Shown here in pieces: positions 12,872 through 25,039 of a stretch of DNA of 64,000 nt. The stretch's first letter is position 1, and every line of letters starts with the position of its first letter. The stretch is from the human T2T-CHM13v2.0 reference genome, Homo sapiens. The position numbers and the translations under genes were made by a program. The notes beneath the pieces were generated by a model. The model saw only the letters and a program-made list of their open reading frames with translations, searched no databases and was not told where the DNA came from. The DNA lies in NCBI RefSeq assembly GCF_009914755.1, contig NC_060929.1, one strand, 5' to 3'.

Positions 12872-15089
12872 TCTTTCAACTTTTGATTCATTCATTCATC
12901 TGCTTATTAATTCATAACAAACACCAAGTAAGTCTCTTCAATGTGTCAAGTACTACCGTCATATGGAAAAAAGACTAGTCCAAGCTCTTCTGGGGATTAT
13001 ATGCTGGTAAGTTCAAATCCTATCTATAGCCAAGAAACTCTCACCTAACTTGCAGAAAATGTTGTTAAAAACACTATGTGTTCAGCCCTGTAGGCAGATA
13101 CTTGCCTAATGCTTTATTTCAGGCTTTTTTGGAATGCAGCTGTCCTCTGGAGGCCCTGTCTGCCCATGCAGGTAAGATGTTCTGAAGGCAAGAATGAGTT
13201 TATATTCGGCGGAAATAGTCTATTTCCTGTGATTTTAGAAGCATAGAGTCAAGTGCTTAAAACAGAAACAGTGCCAAATAAATGTTTGTCCTTGTTATTA
13301 TTATTGCCTCTTCAGGATGGTAGGAGAAGGCAGAGGGAAAGGATTGATGCTTTGGAAGAGGTAGTCTTCACACGCAGCCATCCCATGTTTAAGAAAGGCA
13401 GGGAGGACTCCAAGGGTCTTACTCTCTCCCATTACAGTGTCTGGCCATCTTAGCCCACACTTTCAAAGTAGCCCTACATCCAAGGCAGAAACATGCAAGG
13501 AAGTTCTATGCTTAGTAAAAATTGAAAGAAATAGAGGCCAACATATAGTTCCAGTAATGACTGAAATTCTATTTATATTCTAGGCCTCTTTACTTTTTGA
13601 TTTTCTCATTTTCAATGTTTTTTTTTTTCAAACATCACATTAAAACAGCTCACTCGGTCTCTTGATCTCCACTTTGCCTTTAGCTGAGGACCCCACAAGG
13701 CATGGTTCTTGGTTTGTATGCTCATCTTTATTTTGAAAAACATAAACTGAATTGAGAGATGCAAAATTTGAGGAACACTCTCTAATACCATAAATATACA
13801 TTGATTGCTGCCCAATCATTCAACTTTAAGGACTAAAAGCTAAACTCTTAAATCCTTTAGTGAATTAAACTGCAAAAAGGGATACTTAAAGGTGATGGGA
13901 CTATTTACTCCCCATTTACCTCCTACGTCCTACTAAAATGGACCTAGCTCAGTGCTTTTCACTTACTACTTACGTGGTCTTTGGTAGGATTTTTGTTCTG
14001 GCCAACCCAACTTCAAATCTATGAGGTTATAAGGAATCAGCAAACAAAATGACATATGGTGGAGAGCAGGTGGCTTTGAGAGGCAATATTAACTATGTAT
14101 ATATGAAATCACAACAACTATAAATATTTAATTTCCAATGTTTGAAAGAGAAAAGAGGGTTTCTTTGAAAGTGGACTTTAGTGCATATGTAAATTAATTA
14201 CAATTCATGACATTCATTATTTCAGAAAATGATGCAATAATTTAAAACCAATATTGACAGTTTGAATGTTACAATACTTTTAAAGATTTATTGCCATACA
14301 TTTTCTTTTCCCGTTAAAGAAGACCTTCTATTATGAGCAAGATGAAATGCAAAATAGAGGCCACATGCTTTCTGCTTGTCAAGCTTGTGTAACTTGGACT
14401 CAGAGGAGAACATCCATGGGGTCCTTTGGGAAGCAGTGGTTAGGGTGGTGGCAGTTTACACAATTGTCCCACTGCACTGCATCCTGGTACGTCATTACAA
14501 CCTATGTAAAGATCACCTCCAAAATTAATGATTTGTATGCTTTCCTGGGCACCATTCTAATCTCTGGTGATCTTCAACTTTAGTATGCATCTGTATCAAC
14601 AAATTTGATCTCCTGACATAATCAGCTTTTAAAAGCACTTAAAATCTGGGAACCAATTAGGCATTCATATGGTGTAAAGGAGCTATTGCTGCAAAAAAAT
14701 GTTGTTGGCCAGGTTGGCCCTAATTTGAGGATGAGACATGAGTAGATGGGGACACTGGCAAAGAATAAAGGTCATATGTTGATGAATAAGTATAGGGTTG
14801 GGTTTTATGAACAAAGCCATTTCTTTGGCTACATAATGTAGACAGCAGATTTGGTAGCCCAAATGGAAGATCCAAGACCTAGTGGGAGTTGGCATATCTT
14901 GTGTGGTACAATTTAGGGCCAGGGTACTTAAAGTCTTTCTCTAGCTCAAATGTATCTCCCCTACTAGTCCTCCACTTTCAGTATTCGAATCGACAGTGGC
15001 TTCCAAAAAGGTCATTTTCATAAAGATGTTCTGGTTAAAATGCACACATTAGAGAGCTAAAAAATCAAGATGTTGTTTTTTCTCTTTTC

Positions 15090-15500
15090 TTTTATTCTCC
15101 ATATCAAATTTAACAGAAGATTCAAGGTTTTATGTACTACATTGCTCTCAGATATATCCTTATCTATCTTCACTACTACCAGTCTGGTCCAAGCCACCAT
15201 CATCTTTCATCTGGGCTTGGTAACAGCCTCCTCACTGGTTTTCTTACATCTAATTTTGCCTCTTGAAATTTGCTGTACTCTGCCAAGTAGCCAGGAAAAA
15301 ATTTTTAAAATAAATGTGAATCAGATCATGTCATTCTTCTACTTAAAATCCTCCAATGTCTGCCACTTGGATTCGGAGAAAAATTCAAATTGCTCACCCT
15401 GGCATTCAATGCAAAACATTCTTCTTACAGCCCTTTGCATGCCCAGCTCTCTCTCATTCATACATCATCTTCCCGTCCTACTCAATAAATCCAAAGAAGT
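15090..15500 (+). mobile_element. L2 fragment
   Basis: ctggtccaagccaccatcatct...cagcctcctcactgg...atcagatcatgtcattcttctacttaaaatcctccaa. Confidence 0.75.
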
Positions 15501-15514
15501 CATTCTACCTATGT

Positions 15515-15540
15515 ACACACACACACACACACACACACAC
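15515..15540. repeat. (AC)13 microsatellite
   Basis: Direct reading. Confidence 0.95.
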
Positions 15541-16722
15541 GTACACATGTGTGCAATTTACATACCCCTCCCCCACTGCTATTCCTTCATAACAATTGCC
15601 ACTATGTGAAATTTTAGCACTCCAGGCATTCAGCCCTCTGTCCTGAAGATGTTGTTCCTTTACCCTAAGTTTAGCTGTCACACTCAGGTGCAGAGTTAGA
15701 GAAAGAAACATAATATTTCCTTAACGACTGACTCATAGATTCACTGGCCTTTGTTCCTTTCCAGGTTACCATTCTATTTGGTTTATATATTATGCTGCAT
15801 TCTGAGCCACTACAACAAAAATCACTGTTATTGGGCCCTTCTCCTCTGCCCAAATTCTTGTGCTTGCCTCCTCCTTGCTAATATTTAAAAATCATTAACC
15901 AAGACAAAAAAAATCAATTTCAACACTGTTACAACATCTTTGTCTTCTCATCCTTTTTTGCAATGAAACTCTTTTAAGAAAACTTACTGCCTCATTACTC
16001 TGAATTCTCACCCTCCAGGGGTGATGGAAAAGTCATGTTTTTAGAAACCGGACTTGTAAGACACGTGACTTTCACTTTGGGGTGAGTTATGTTTCCCATT
16101 AAACTAAAAGCTCCTTGAAGACAATACATTAGTATAGCATCTCTAAAGAAAATAAAAAATTGTATCACTTTGAAGAGGTTTGTACAGCATCTGACCCACG
16201 GTTTGTACTTAAATATCTGTTTTGAAACACCACATTACCCACAACAAAAAAATGCAAAGGGTTAGTACTTTTAAAAGGCATTTCAATTTTTGAGTTATTC
16301 AAGTTCTTTTCATCCCAGAAGAGTGAAAAAAAAGAAAATTCTAACCACATGTTACCACCGTTTTTTTTTTTTTTTGACGACTCAGAGGAAGTTCTATCTC
16401 TTTGAGTATATAGTAGGTCTCATTATATATTTAATCAAATGATTTCAAGTATGAATGCTGGGCAGAGAGTGACAGAGAGAACTAAAGCAGGTGATTTTCC
16501 TTCATTCTTCTTTATCTGTCTTGGTTGCTATTGTACTCCTACAGCCAAACTCAATATCTGACACGTGACTGGCACCTGAGGTATGTGAAATAAATGAATG
16601 AATGCATGCAGCTAATACATGACAGAGTATTCCAAGCCAGGTTTTTTTCTGATTAAAAACCCGTATCCCACAACTAAACTGTATTGACTTCCCTCATCCA
16701 TCTGAGTGAGTCCATACTCACT

Positions 16723-17390
16723 CAGCTCCAAACAGTAGCTCCAGATTCTTGCTATGTAGTTGAGTGTTTAATGTTTAATCTGTAGACTATGCCAGAATAG
16801 CAACTCTACAGGTGAAAAGCTCAGTAGTTTCAATTTTGTGACTTGTAGTAAGAAAAAAAGTTGGGCACTGAATTAAACATTTATTTAGAAAATTAAATTG
16901 AACCAGTTTGCATATCATGGCAGCCACTGATATAGCTCTGCCTCTTAATAGCTGTGTAACTTTTGATAAGTTACTTAACATCTTAATCATGAATTTGCTC
17001 ATCTAAAAATTACTTATACAAATATAAGTAATTACCAAAGGTATTTTTGTGAGAAGTAAGAAAACGAAGGTAAAGTACATAATGTGTGGCATGTAATCAG
17101 GCCTTAAGTGAAGGTTATAGCAATTATTACAAATAATCCCTATATTATAGGAATTATTTGGGTTTCTGAAAAGGTGGCTGGGCAGAAAAGATGAACAATC
17201 TCTTCCTTTGAGTCTATTTGCTGATTTAAATTTAGTGGCAAAAGCAAGCTGCATCATAGTTGCTCCTGTAATAACCAGCGACATGGGCTCTACACCCTGC
17301 CTGCACAGGCTGTCTTTGCTGTGCACTATAAAGCCTTTGCCAGGCCCAATACAGTGTGAGGCACACAGTGGGTGCTCAAGAAATGCTTGT
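16723..17390 (+). repeat. Local duplication, copy 1 (paralogue at 19793-20459)
   Basis: Colinear by eye with copy 2, about 41 differences over ~667 bp. Confidence 0.97.
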
Positions 17391-18469
17391 GTTTTCCGAT
17401 GCCACTTTTTGATCCTTGCTATATACCCTCCTCGACTGCCATTATCTATGTTTGTGCTTTTGTCACCAAGCGCCTACCTCAGTAAAAGGTCATTCCTTGT
17501 ACAGCATTATATATGAGCCTCAGAGCCAAAAAAATGTTTATTCTGCTCATTGGTGTCTATCAATTTAAGAAATCCATTTTATAAATAAGGATCTTCATTT
17601 ATATAGAGGTTCAAAGTTATGCCCAAGGGCACACAATTAATGGTAGAGTTGGTTCTAGAACCTAATTGACTTGGTCCCTTCACATTTTTTATAAATAAGG
17701 TGGGTTACAAATAAATAAATATGTATCTTCTGCCTCCCAGTTAATATTCTAATACCACAGTGGCTGGCAAAATCAACCTCTTCAATTCTTTAGTTCAATC
17801 TTATTTCATAATCTATCTGTAGCAAGATCTGAGGTGAAGCAATGTGAGCAGTCTAATGAACTTAGAAATGATACATTTTGCTTTCCTCACCTTTTACTGA
17901 GTCCTGTTGTTTTATTTGCTACTCAAGGATGCGAAGTATCTGTTTAACAGTAAAGTGCCAAGCAATCTGACATCTCCTCCTGATTAAAACAGAGTCATCT
18001 CAAATACAGATGGATACATGTCATTATGCAAGCTATCTGCTTTTCAGAGCTGCTGCCTCAAACTTCCTGCAGTAAGATGCCCCCTCACACTCCCTGCAGT
18101 CCCCCATCCCTGGCACTGGCTTTCCTTGAAAACATATAATCTTGTCTACCTGCATTTTTGTATGTTTAGGCTCAAGCAAAGAATCCATTATGAAAATGAC
18201 AGAACTGCCAGAAAGAATTATGACTTCACTGCTTAACAAGCTGTGAATTCACTGTGGAGGTAGCAAGGCAGAGAAGCAAAGAAACAGGAGGAAGAATATA
18301 TATGAAGGGAAACTCGCCTTGGGCTCTGCACTACTGCAAGTTGAGAATGGTTTTCCCAGCCTTTCAGGATTTCCATGTTTGCTCCACCACAAACTACCTA
18401 AGTTTCTTTCCATAGTATGGGGCAGGATTTTTGCCTTTTACCTAAAGTTGGTAATACTTAGAATGATGA

Positions 18470-19270
18470 AGTTGATGATAATGGCAGCTTGCATTTATTG
18501 AGAGGTAAATAGGTACTAATAGTAGGCTAAGCATTTGTGAATATTATTTTATTCAATATTCACAACTTCTCTATATAGCCCTCTCATTTAAATCCTTTAA
18601 GGACTTCCCATTGCCTTTAGGATAAAGTCCAAATGTTTTAACATAGTTTATGAGACTCTCTGAGATTCCACAAACTTTTGCCTCTCTCTCAACCTCATCT
18701 AATACCACTCTGCCCCTTTCTGGATGGGTCTGGTCTCATCTATACTTTTGGTTCTTCCTGTGTTTATACTTTGTCTTGCCAATAGGCCTTTAAATATATT
18801 CCCTTGTAACCACATTTCTCCCACTAGTCACCTGATTATCTCATACCTCCCTTTAAGACCTTACTATTTTTTTTCCTGAAGAGGCTATCTCCAGTTTTCC
18901 CTGTTGTTTGCTTCCAAGGTTAAAAAAGAGGAAAAACTCTTTTGTAACTCAATACTTGAAATGACTATTTAAATTGCACCTTTTCTGCTAGATTTAACCT
19001 CTACGAAGGCTGACACCGTGTCTACTAATTCACAGTTGTTTCACTAGCCTCTAGCTGAATGCCTGACACGAGTAGACTTTGAATAAATAATTAGAAATCA
19101 ATTATATGCAAAACCTATATATGAAAGTTCCCATTTCCTAGATGAGGAAACAGGTTAAGAGGAGTTAAATAACTTGCCCAAAGACATAATTAGCATATGG
19201 TGAAGCCAAGCTTTGAATCAAAGACTGATGTCAAAACCCATGTTCACAATTACTCTACAGCACTGTCTTC
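18470..19270 (-). mobile_element. MIR in two pieces (about 18470-18570 and 19120-19270) flanking a plus-strand L2 fragment (about 18580-19095)
   Basis: MIR: gcatttattgag...attcacaac and cccatttcctagatgaggaaacagg...aacttgcccaaag; L2: ttcccattgcctttaggataaagtccaaa...tgcctgacacgagtag. Confidence 0.7.
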
Positions 19271-19792
19271 TCAAAATTCCCTCCAGCTATCACAGGAAAA
19301 ATAAAGAATATTTCTACAGGATATTTGTCTTAGAGAAAAATTTAGTAGAAAAAGCTCCCAGGATTCAGGGAGGTGATCTTTTTCCCAACTAATTTCAGAG
19401 CTACATAAAAGAAGCTCAGTGATTTAATATCTTTCTGCACCCTGGGCCTGATGGTTTACCTCCCCAAAATCTGGTTTCTGTTTCTCAACTATAGGTGGTA
19501 GTGGATAACAGGCAACCTATAGCTACAGCTGTTAGTCCTTCCCACAGATCAACATGCAAAAGAGAAAGTGAGTTTCTCACATTCTGAGAGAGATGTTGCC
19601 CAGGCAACAAAGACAAAGCCAGAGCAACAGACCACCCAGCTGAGACAGGCTCTGTCTTCCGCACATTCTCCCATACCAGCGCCCACTTCTGTGGGGCAGC
19701 AGATGACTATGTTCATACACCCTTTTAATGGGGTGCCCCTGAAGGACTCACCTGCCACAACTGGACACAGTTGGCAAAGACATCTCCATGGA

Positions 19793-20459
19793 CAGCCCAA
19801 ACAATAGCTCCAGATTCTTGCTATGTAGTTGAGTGTTTAATGTTTAATCTGTAGACTATGCCAGAATAGCAACTTTACAGGTGAAAAGCTCAGTAGTTTC
19901 AATTTTGTGACTTGTAATAAGAAAAATAGTTGGGCACTGAATTAAACGTTTATTTAGAAAATTAATTAAACCAGTTTGCGTATCATGGCAGCCACTGATA
20001 TAGCTCTGCCTCTTAATAGTTGTGTAACTTTTGATAAGTTACTTAATATCTTAATCATGAATTTGCTCATCTAAAAAATGGGCTTACAAATATAAGTAAT
20101 TACCAAAGATATCTTTGTGAGAAGTGAGAAAACAAAGGTAAACTGCATAATATGTGGCACATAATCAGGCCGTACATGAAGGTTATAGTAATTATTACAA
20201 ATAATCCCTACATTATAGGAATTATTTGGGTTTCTGAAAAGGTGGCTGGGCAGAAAAGATGAACAATCTCTTCCTTTGAGTCTATTTGCTAGTTTAAATT
20301 TAGTGGCAAAAGCAAGTTGCATCATAGTTGCTCCCGTAATAACTAGTGACATGGGCTCTACACCCTGCCTGGCACAGGCTGTCTTTGCTGTGTGCTATAA
20401 AGCCCTTACCAGGCCCAATACAGTGAGAGGCACACAGTGGGTGCTCAAGAAATGCTTGT
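19793..20459 (+). repeat. Local duplication, copy 2 (likely donor); contains a MIR and an L2 tail
   Basis: Matches 16723-17390; MIR motif gctctgcctcttaatagttgtgtaac...catctaaaaaatggg; L2 tail ggcacacagtgggtgctcaagaaatgcttgttga. Confidence 0.97.
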
Positions 20460-21909
20460 TGAGGCTGTCAACCATGGGCCGTGCAGGCAGTTTAAAGCAC
20501 AGTAGGCATCTGGATCTTTAAAGGAAATTGTACCGTTCTAAGAGTCATTAAATGAGTTCTTCAGGGAGGGCAGTAACAATATGCCACCTGATTGCTTTGT
20601 TCAGAAGTGCTTTCCGACTGAGTTAACCTACTAAAGATGCTGTTCTTTGCTACATAACCTCATGACTGCCAGTCCCTGCTAGGAAGTGGCTTTTCATGAT
20701 GGCTTGCTGGTACGTGTGTACATGGAAGGAAGAGGCTGGCTACGGGGGAGAGAGCCCCAGAGCAGAATGAAGCTCCTGCCAACCTGTTCCAGCACACTGC
20801 TCCAGCACACTGTTGTGTCCTTTTATGCTGTGTGTGTGTGTGTTTGTTTTGTAGGGGAGTGGGTGGGTACGTCTGCAGTATCCCCTACGTTTGAAAAACA
20901 GGTCTGAATCTCATAGAATTCTGTTAGAAAATCATTCCTCAAGCATAACTTAATTTTCTGAAAGTATTTTATCCTTTGACCACCAAAACCTCTTTGGAGA
21001 GAATTAAAATGGAAAAATGTGTTAAGTAAGTACATCTCTAAATTAAACCATTTCTGCCTGGGCAGACCAAATTAGCCTTTTCTAGGGTGCAGGGTACAGT
21101 ATGTTGTCTCTGGTCTTTGTTCTTCAGTAAAAGACTTCAGAGGGAAAAACTATTCTAGAGTGAATAACCTCCAAATGTTAATTTTGCAAAACTAATACTA
21201 GTGACTCATTAATATTTGTAAATCATCTAGATTTTGCTATTTTGAAAAACCCCATAAAGTGCTAATTAATAAAAGATATCATGTCTTATTAATGTTCACA
21301 TAGTAATTACCAAAATCACAAATTCATCTGCTAAGTAGTCAGCAAACAAGACAAATGACTGTGCTCAGCTGAACAGATTATCAAATGCCTTTGGGAGTAC
21401 AACCTGATAGCCCCAACTAAACCATGAATCAAGCAGCTACTCCTTTTGCCACATGGACAGGCAACAACAATTTCATCTCTCATGTGAGGTGGGACAGAGC
21501 AGTGGAGACATCCAGCAACTCGCATTCCCTAGAGCACACGTGCTTATGCAAGTGTCAGCATTGCTCGTGTATCTTTCTCTTACAAGCTTTTACTGACACT
21601 TAAGATTTCGTTTCTTAGAGAGACATGAGAAAAGACTCAAAAGATGTCACCTAAAGTTAAACATAATCCTGCTAGCTTCTGCATGTAAAATACATATTGG
21701 TGAGCCTTCTCAGCTCTCAAAATGGAGAAGAAATTTCATCTTCCTGTGAACTTCTATATCAGTTCATCTCTGCTTCTCTGTATCAGTTCATCTCTGTTTC
21801 TCTTCTGACACTCATTACCTGTACACATTCCACACCTCCTCCCCTAGAAAGGCATCTTAAGAACAGAGACCATGTCTCACTAGCCATTCAAGTATAACAA
21901 CAAGTACTA

Positions 21910-22140
21910 CTACTATTAATTATTTAGATGCCTACCATTTCTTATGGCTATAAATGTGCAAGTCACTTGGATGAGTGCTTTAATTTATTTAACTTTTATT
22001 TCTTCTTGTCATTTAATATTTACAACAGCCACTTAAGGTAGGTATATCTTCACTTTACCATGAGGCAAATGAGGCTCAGAGAGGCTGAGTGACAGAACTG
22101 GGATTCATCCCTAGGTCTGAAAGATTCTAAAGCCTTTGCT
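21910..22140 (-). mobile_element. MIR
   Basis: catttaatatttacaacagcc...tgaggcaaatgaggctcagagagg...cagaactgggattc. Confidence 0.75.
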
Positions 22141-22689
22141 AAACTGTATGCTAAACTGTACCTATGCTAAACTGTACCTATCCAATATGGTGCCTAGTTG
22201 AGGGTTAAGTACATAGCAGACATTGATAAATATTGGTAGAATGAATGAATACCTTAATATCAATTAGCTTCTGCATCCCCTTGGTGGTTAAGATTAAACC
22301 TTTGCAGTTTCTACTTTTCTGTTTTCTTCCAAGTGTGCATGATATCAAGGATTATTGTTAGTACTGTGTATCAAAATGAAAGCTCACCTTACCTTTTTTA
22401 TATCAGAAAATAAACACCTCTCCAGGACTCTCCCTCCTAGCTCAGAGACTGCCGGGATGATATTCACTATTGGACACATTTGATGGCTTTTCATTTGTAT
22501 TGGTGTTACTCACATGTTGGACTGTAAGCTAGATGGTAGGAAGCAGCCTAGTGTTCTTGGCATCTCCTCCCAGCTCTCTTCAACATCCTAGACTCCACAG
22601 CACATGGGGCAGGGAGCTCAGGGTCTGGTGGCCACTGACTTCACAATAGTCAATGTTTCCTAATGGTGGGATAATAGGCTTTTGCTAGT

Positions 22690-23255
22690 TTAACCCTCTC
22701 AGCACATAGCATTCTCCCACTATCCTGGTAACAGTACCTTTACCCATATAGCCCATGTGCTTGGAGGAAGTACACCCTACTCTCAGTTCTAGAGTAGAAC
22801 TCTGGGTGGTTTAAGCCCATCAGCACATCCCATTGGCTTTGCTGCAGTGATCAGTTAAAATCAGAAGACTCAGTTCAGGCCAGTGAGAAACAAGGAGGTG
22901 TTTGCTGGGGCTTCTGGGAAAAAATGCTTCCTGGCTCAGAGAACTACGAGGGAAGAGGTTCTCTCTCCCTGTTGGAGATTCATGTAGAACAATAAAGATC
23001 CGGAAGATAGTGGAAATAATTTTGGAAGTGTAATGGAATTCAGCTTTAGGAGTAAGCGAGATGTCATAGGAAGCCAAGAAGAAAAATGGAAAAAAGTATT
23101 TCATTTGATGACATAGGTGAGCCATGTAATCAAGCCTTGCTCCAAAGCTTTGACAGCTCCAGGTTTTTCCGCTACATGAGAGTCTAAATTTCTTTTTTTG
23201 TTTAGCCGGTTTTGAGCCAGATTTTCTCTGACTTGACACTAAAAGATTCTCAATA
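22690..23255 (+). mobile_element. ERVL solo LTR (LTR16-like)
   Basis: ttaagcccatcagcacatcccatt...aggccagtgaga...tttgctggggcttctgggaaa; 3' end ttgtttagccggttttgag...tgacttgacactaaaagattc. Confidence 0.7.
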
Positions 23256-23683
23256 TATCTAGGTGACAACTTTGATTGTTTCATGCTCATCCTCATATTT
23301 ACTCTTCTTTTTCCAGAAAAACAAGTATGACAGAGGTCTGAAGGACCAGAGGGGACCACTTATTAGCTCATCACAAACTTGAAACAGGCAAAATGTACCT
23401 GTCAGAGCCTAAGTAGAACTGGATTGCATGATGTATGGCAGTGATCTTCCAGAGCGCTCTCAAGTGTGTTTGACACGAGTGAACTGTGTTCGAGTTGATT
23501 CTCCCTATGGCAGTCCCAAAGCCTAATTATGAAAACACGATAAGATCATTGCACAGTTAGACCATTGCACCATTGGCATTCCTAATAAACAGATCAGCTT
23601 AGCCCAGCACGATCCCTAGTGGGTTTGTCGGAAGCCCTTCTTGGGTTTCACAAATACTAAACATTTTCAAAGGAATTAGTGAA

Positions 23684-24307
23684 TGGTAGGAGTGCAAATT
23701 AATTCAGCCATTATTGAAGACAGTGTGGCAATTCCTCAAAGACCTAAAATCAGAAATACCATTTGACCCAGCAATCCCATTACTGGGTATATACCCAAAA
23801 GAATATACATCATTCTATCATAAAAGACACATGCACACATATGTTTATTGCAGCACTATTCACAATAGCAAACACATGAAATCCACCCAAAGGCCCATCA
23901 GTGATAGACTGGATAAAGAAAATATGGTACATATACACCGTGGACTACTATGCAGCCACAGGAAAGAAGAAATGGTAGTTTGTTCCTTTGCAGGGACATA
24001 GATGGACCTGGAGGCCATTATCCTTACCAAACTAACACAGGAACAGAAAACCAAGTACAGCATGTTCTCATAAGTGGGAGCTAAATGATGAAAACATATG
24101 GACACATAGAGGGGAACAACACACACTGGGGCCTTTTGGAGGATGAAGGGTGGAAGGAGGGAGAGGATCAGGAAAAATAACTAATGGGTACTAGGCTTAA
24201 TGCCTGGGAGATGAAATAATCTGTACAACAAATCCCCATGACACAAGTTTATCTATGTAACAAACCTGCACTTGTACCTGTGAACTTAAAATAAAAGTTA
24301 AAGAAAA
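23684..24307 (+). mobile_element. L1PA15/16-like 3' end (decayed ORF2 C-terminus and 3'UTR)
   Basis: Translates [28 protein letters not shown]; gagaggatcaggaaaaataactaatgggtactaggc; aataaa and short A tail. Confidence 0.93.
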
Positions 24308-24641
24308 TATCAGCTACTTAGATAATGATGTTCTTCTCTGACACCCCTGTGCTGTCTTTGCTTACAAGGACAACTGCAACTGAAAAGCACAAAGTCAGCA
24401 CAAATAAGAGAATTACAGGTTTCAATGCAAAACCATCTTCACCAAAGTATAATGGTAGCTGCCTGAAGTTGAAGTAACAGCTTGGATCTGGTCTCTTGGA
24501 CTTCTGATTGTGAAGGATGGGCCCTTCCCAAGTACTGGAGATTTTAAGTACAAGGATAAGAAAGGACAGGACAACAGGAGTCACCAAAGGGGGTTATCCA
24601 GAGAGTGAGAAAATGGGATACAGTAGCCTCTTGCTTTTTAT

Positions 24642-24818
24642 TAGGGCCAGCTTCATAGATGAACAACTTGTGCAGTCACACAGGACCCTGTGGTCAGAAG
24701 GGCCTCCTTGTTTAGGTTTATGATCTGCTTTCACCATCCTGAAATTTGAAATACTTTTTGAATAAGGGACCATAACTTTTCATTTTGCTTTGTGTCCAGA
24801 ATTATGTAGGCCATCCTG
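24642..24818 (+). mobile_element. MER45A-like hAT-Tip100 MITE
   Basis: tagggccagcttcat...tgtgcagtcacacagg...tcagaagggcc...ttttcattttgc...aattatgtaggccatcctg. Confidence 0.8.
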
Positions 24819-24873
24819 CTTGTTATAGATTTTTATTTCCCTCTTTACTAAAAATCACAAGGAGCAAAAAGAA

Positions 24874-25029
24874 TGTGTTAGTTTGCTGAGAATGATGGTT
24901 TCCAGCTTCATCCATGTCCCTGCAAAGGACATCAACTCATCCTTTTTTATGGCTGCATAGTATTCCACGGTGTATATGTGCTACATTTTCTTTATCCAGT
25001 CTATCACTGATGGGCATTTGGGTTGGTTC
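24874..25029 (-). mobile_element. Internal L1PA (PA7/8-like) fragment with no 3' end
   Basis: tgtgttagtttgctgagaatgatggtttccagcttcatccatgtccctgcaaaggacat...gggcatttgggttggttc. Confidence 0.9.
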
Positions 25030-25039
25030 ACCATATGCG

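Noticed and set aside
15070-15609. 179-aa ORF
   Set aside because: It runs through an L2 relic and a (CA)n repeat, with no recognisable domain or splice context
18150-18265. Plus-strand exon candidate (tgtttAG...GAG|GTAGCA)
   Set aside because: The donor is weak and nothing else supports it
19746-19850. Perfect minus-strand donor CAG|GTGAGT near the copy-2 breakpoint
   Set aside because: There is no convincing polypyrimidine acceptor upstream, and isolated donors are common by chance
16723-20459. Direct repeats read as the two LTRs of a provirus or composite transposon
   Set aside because: There are no TG...CA ends, primer-binding site, polypurine tract or TSD, and the interior is ordinary MIR/L2/unique DNA
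17003-20521. Two pairs of similar ORFs resembling a small paralogous gene family
   Set aside because: The similarity comes from the DNA duplication; the frames cross a MIR and an L2 tail and are broken by indels between the copies
22820-23359. 179-aa minus-strand ORF
   Set aside because: It is mostly antisense to an LTR16-like element and has no recognisable protein features
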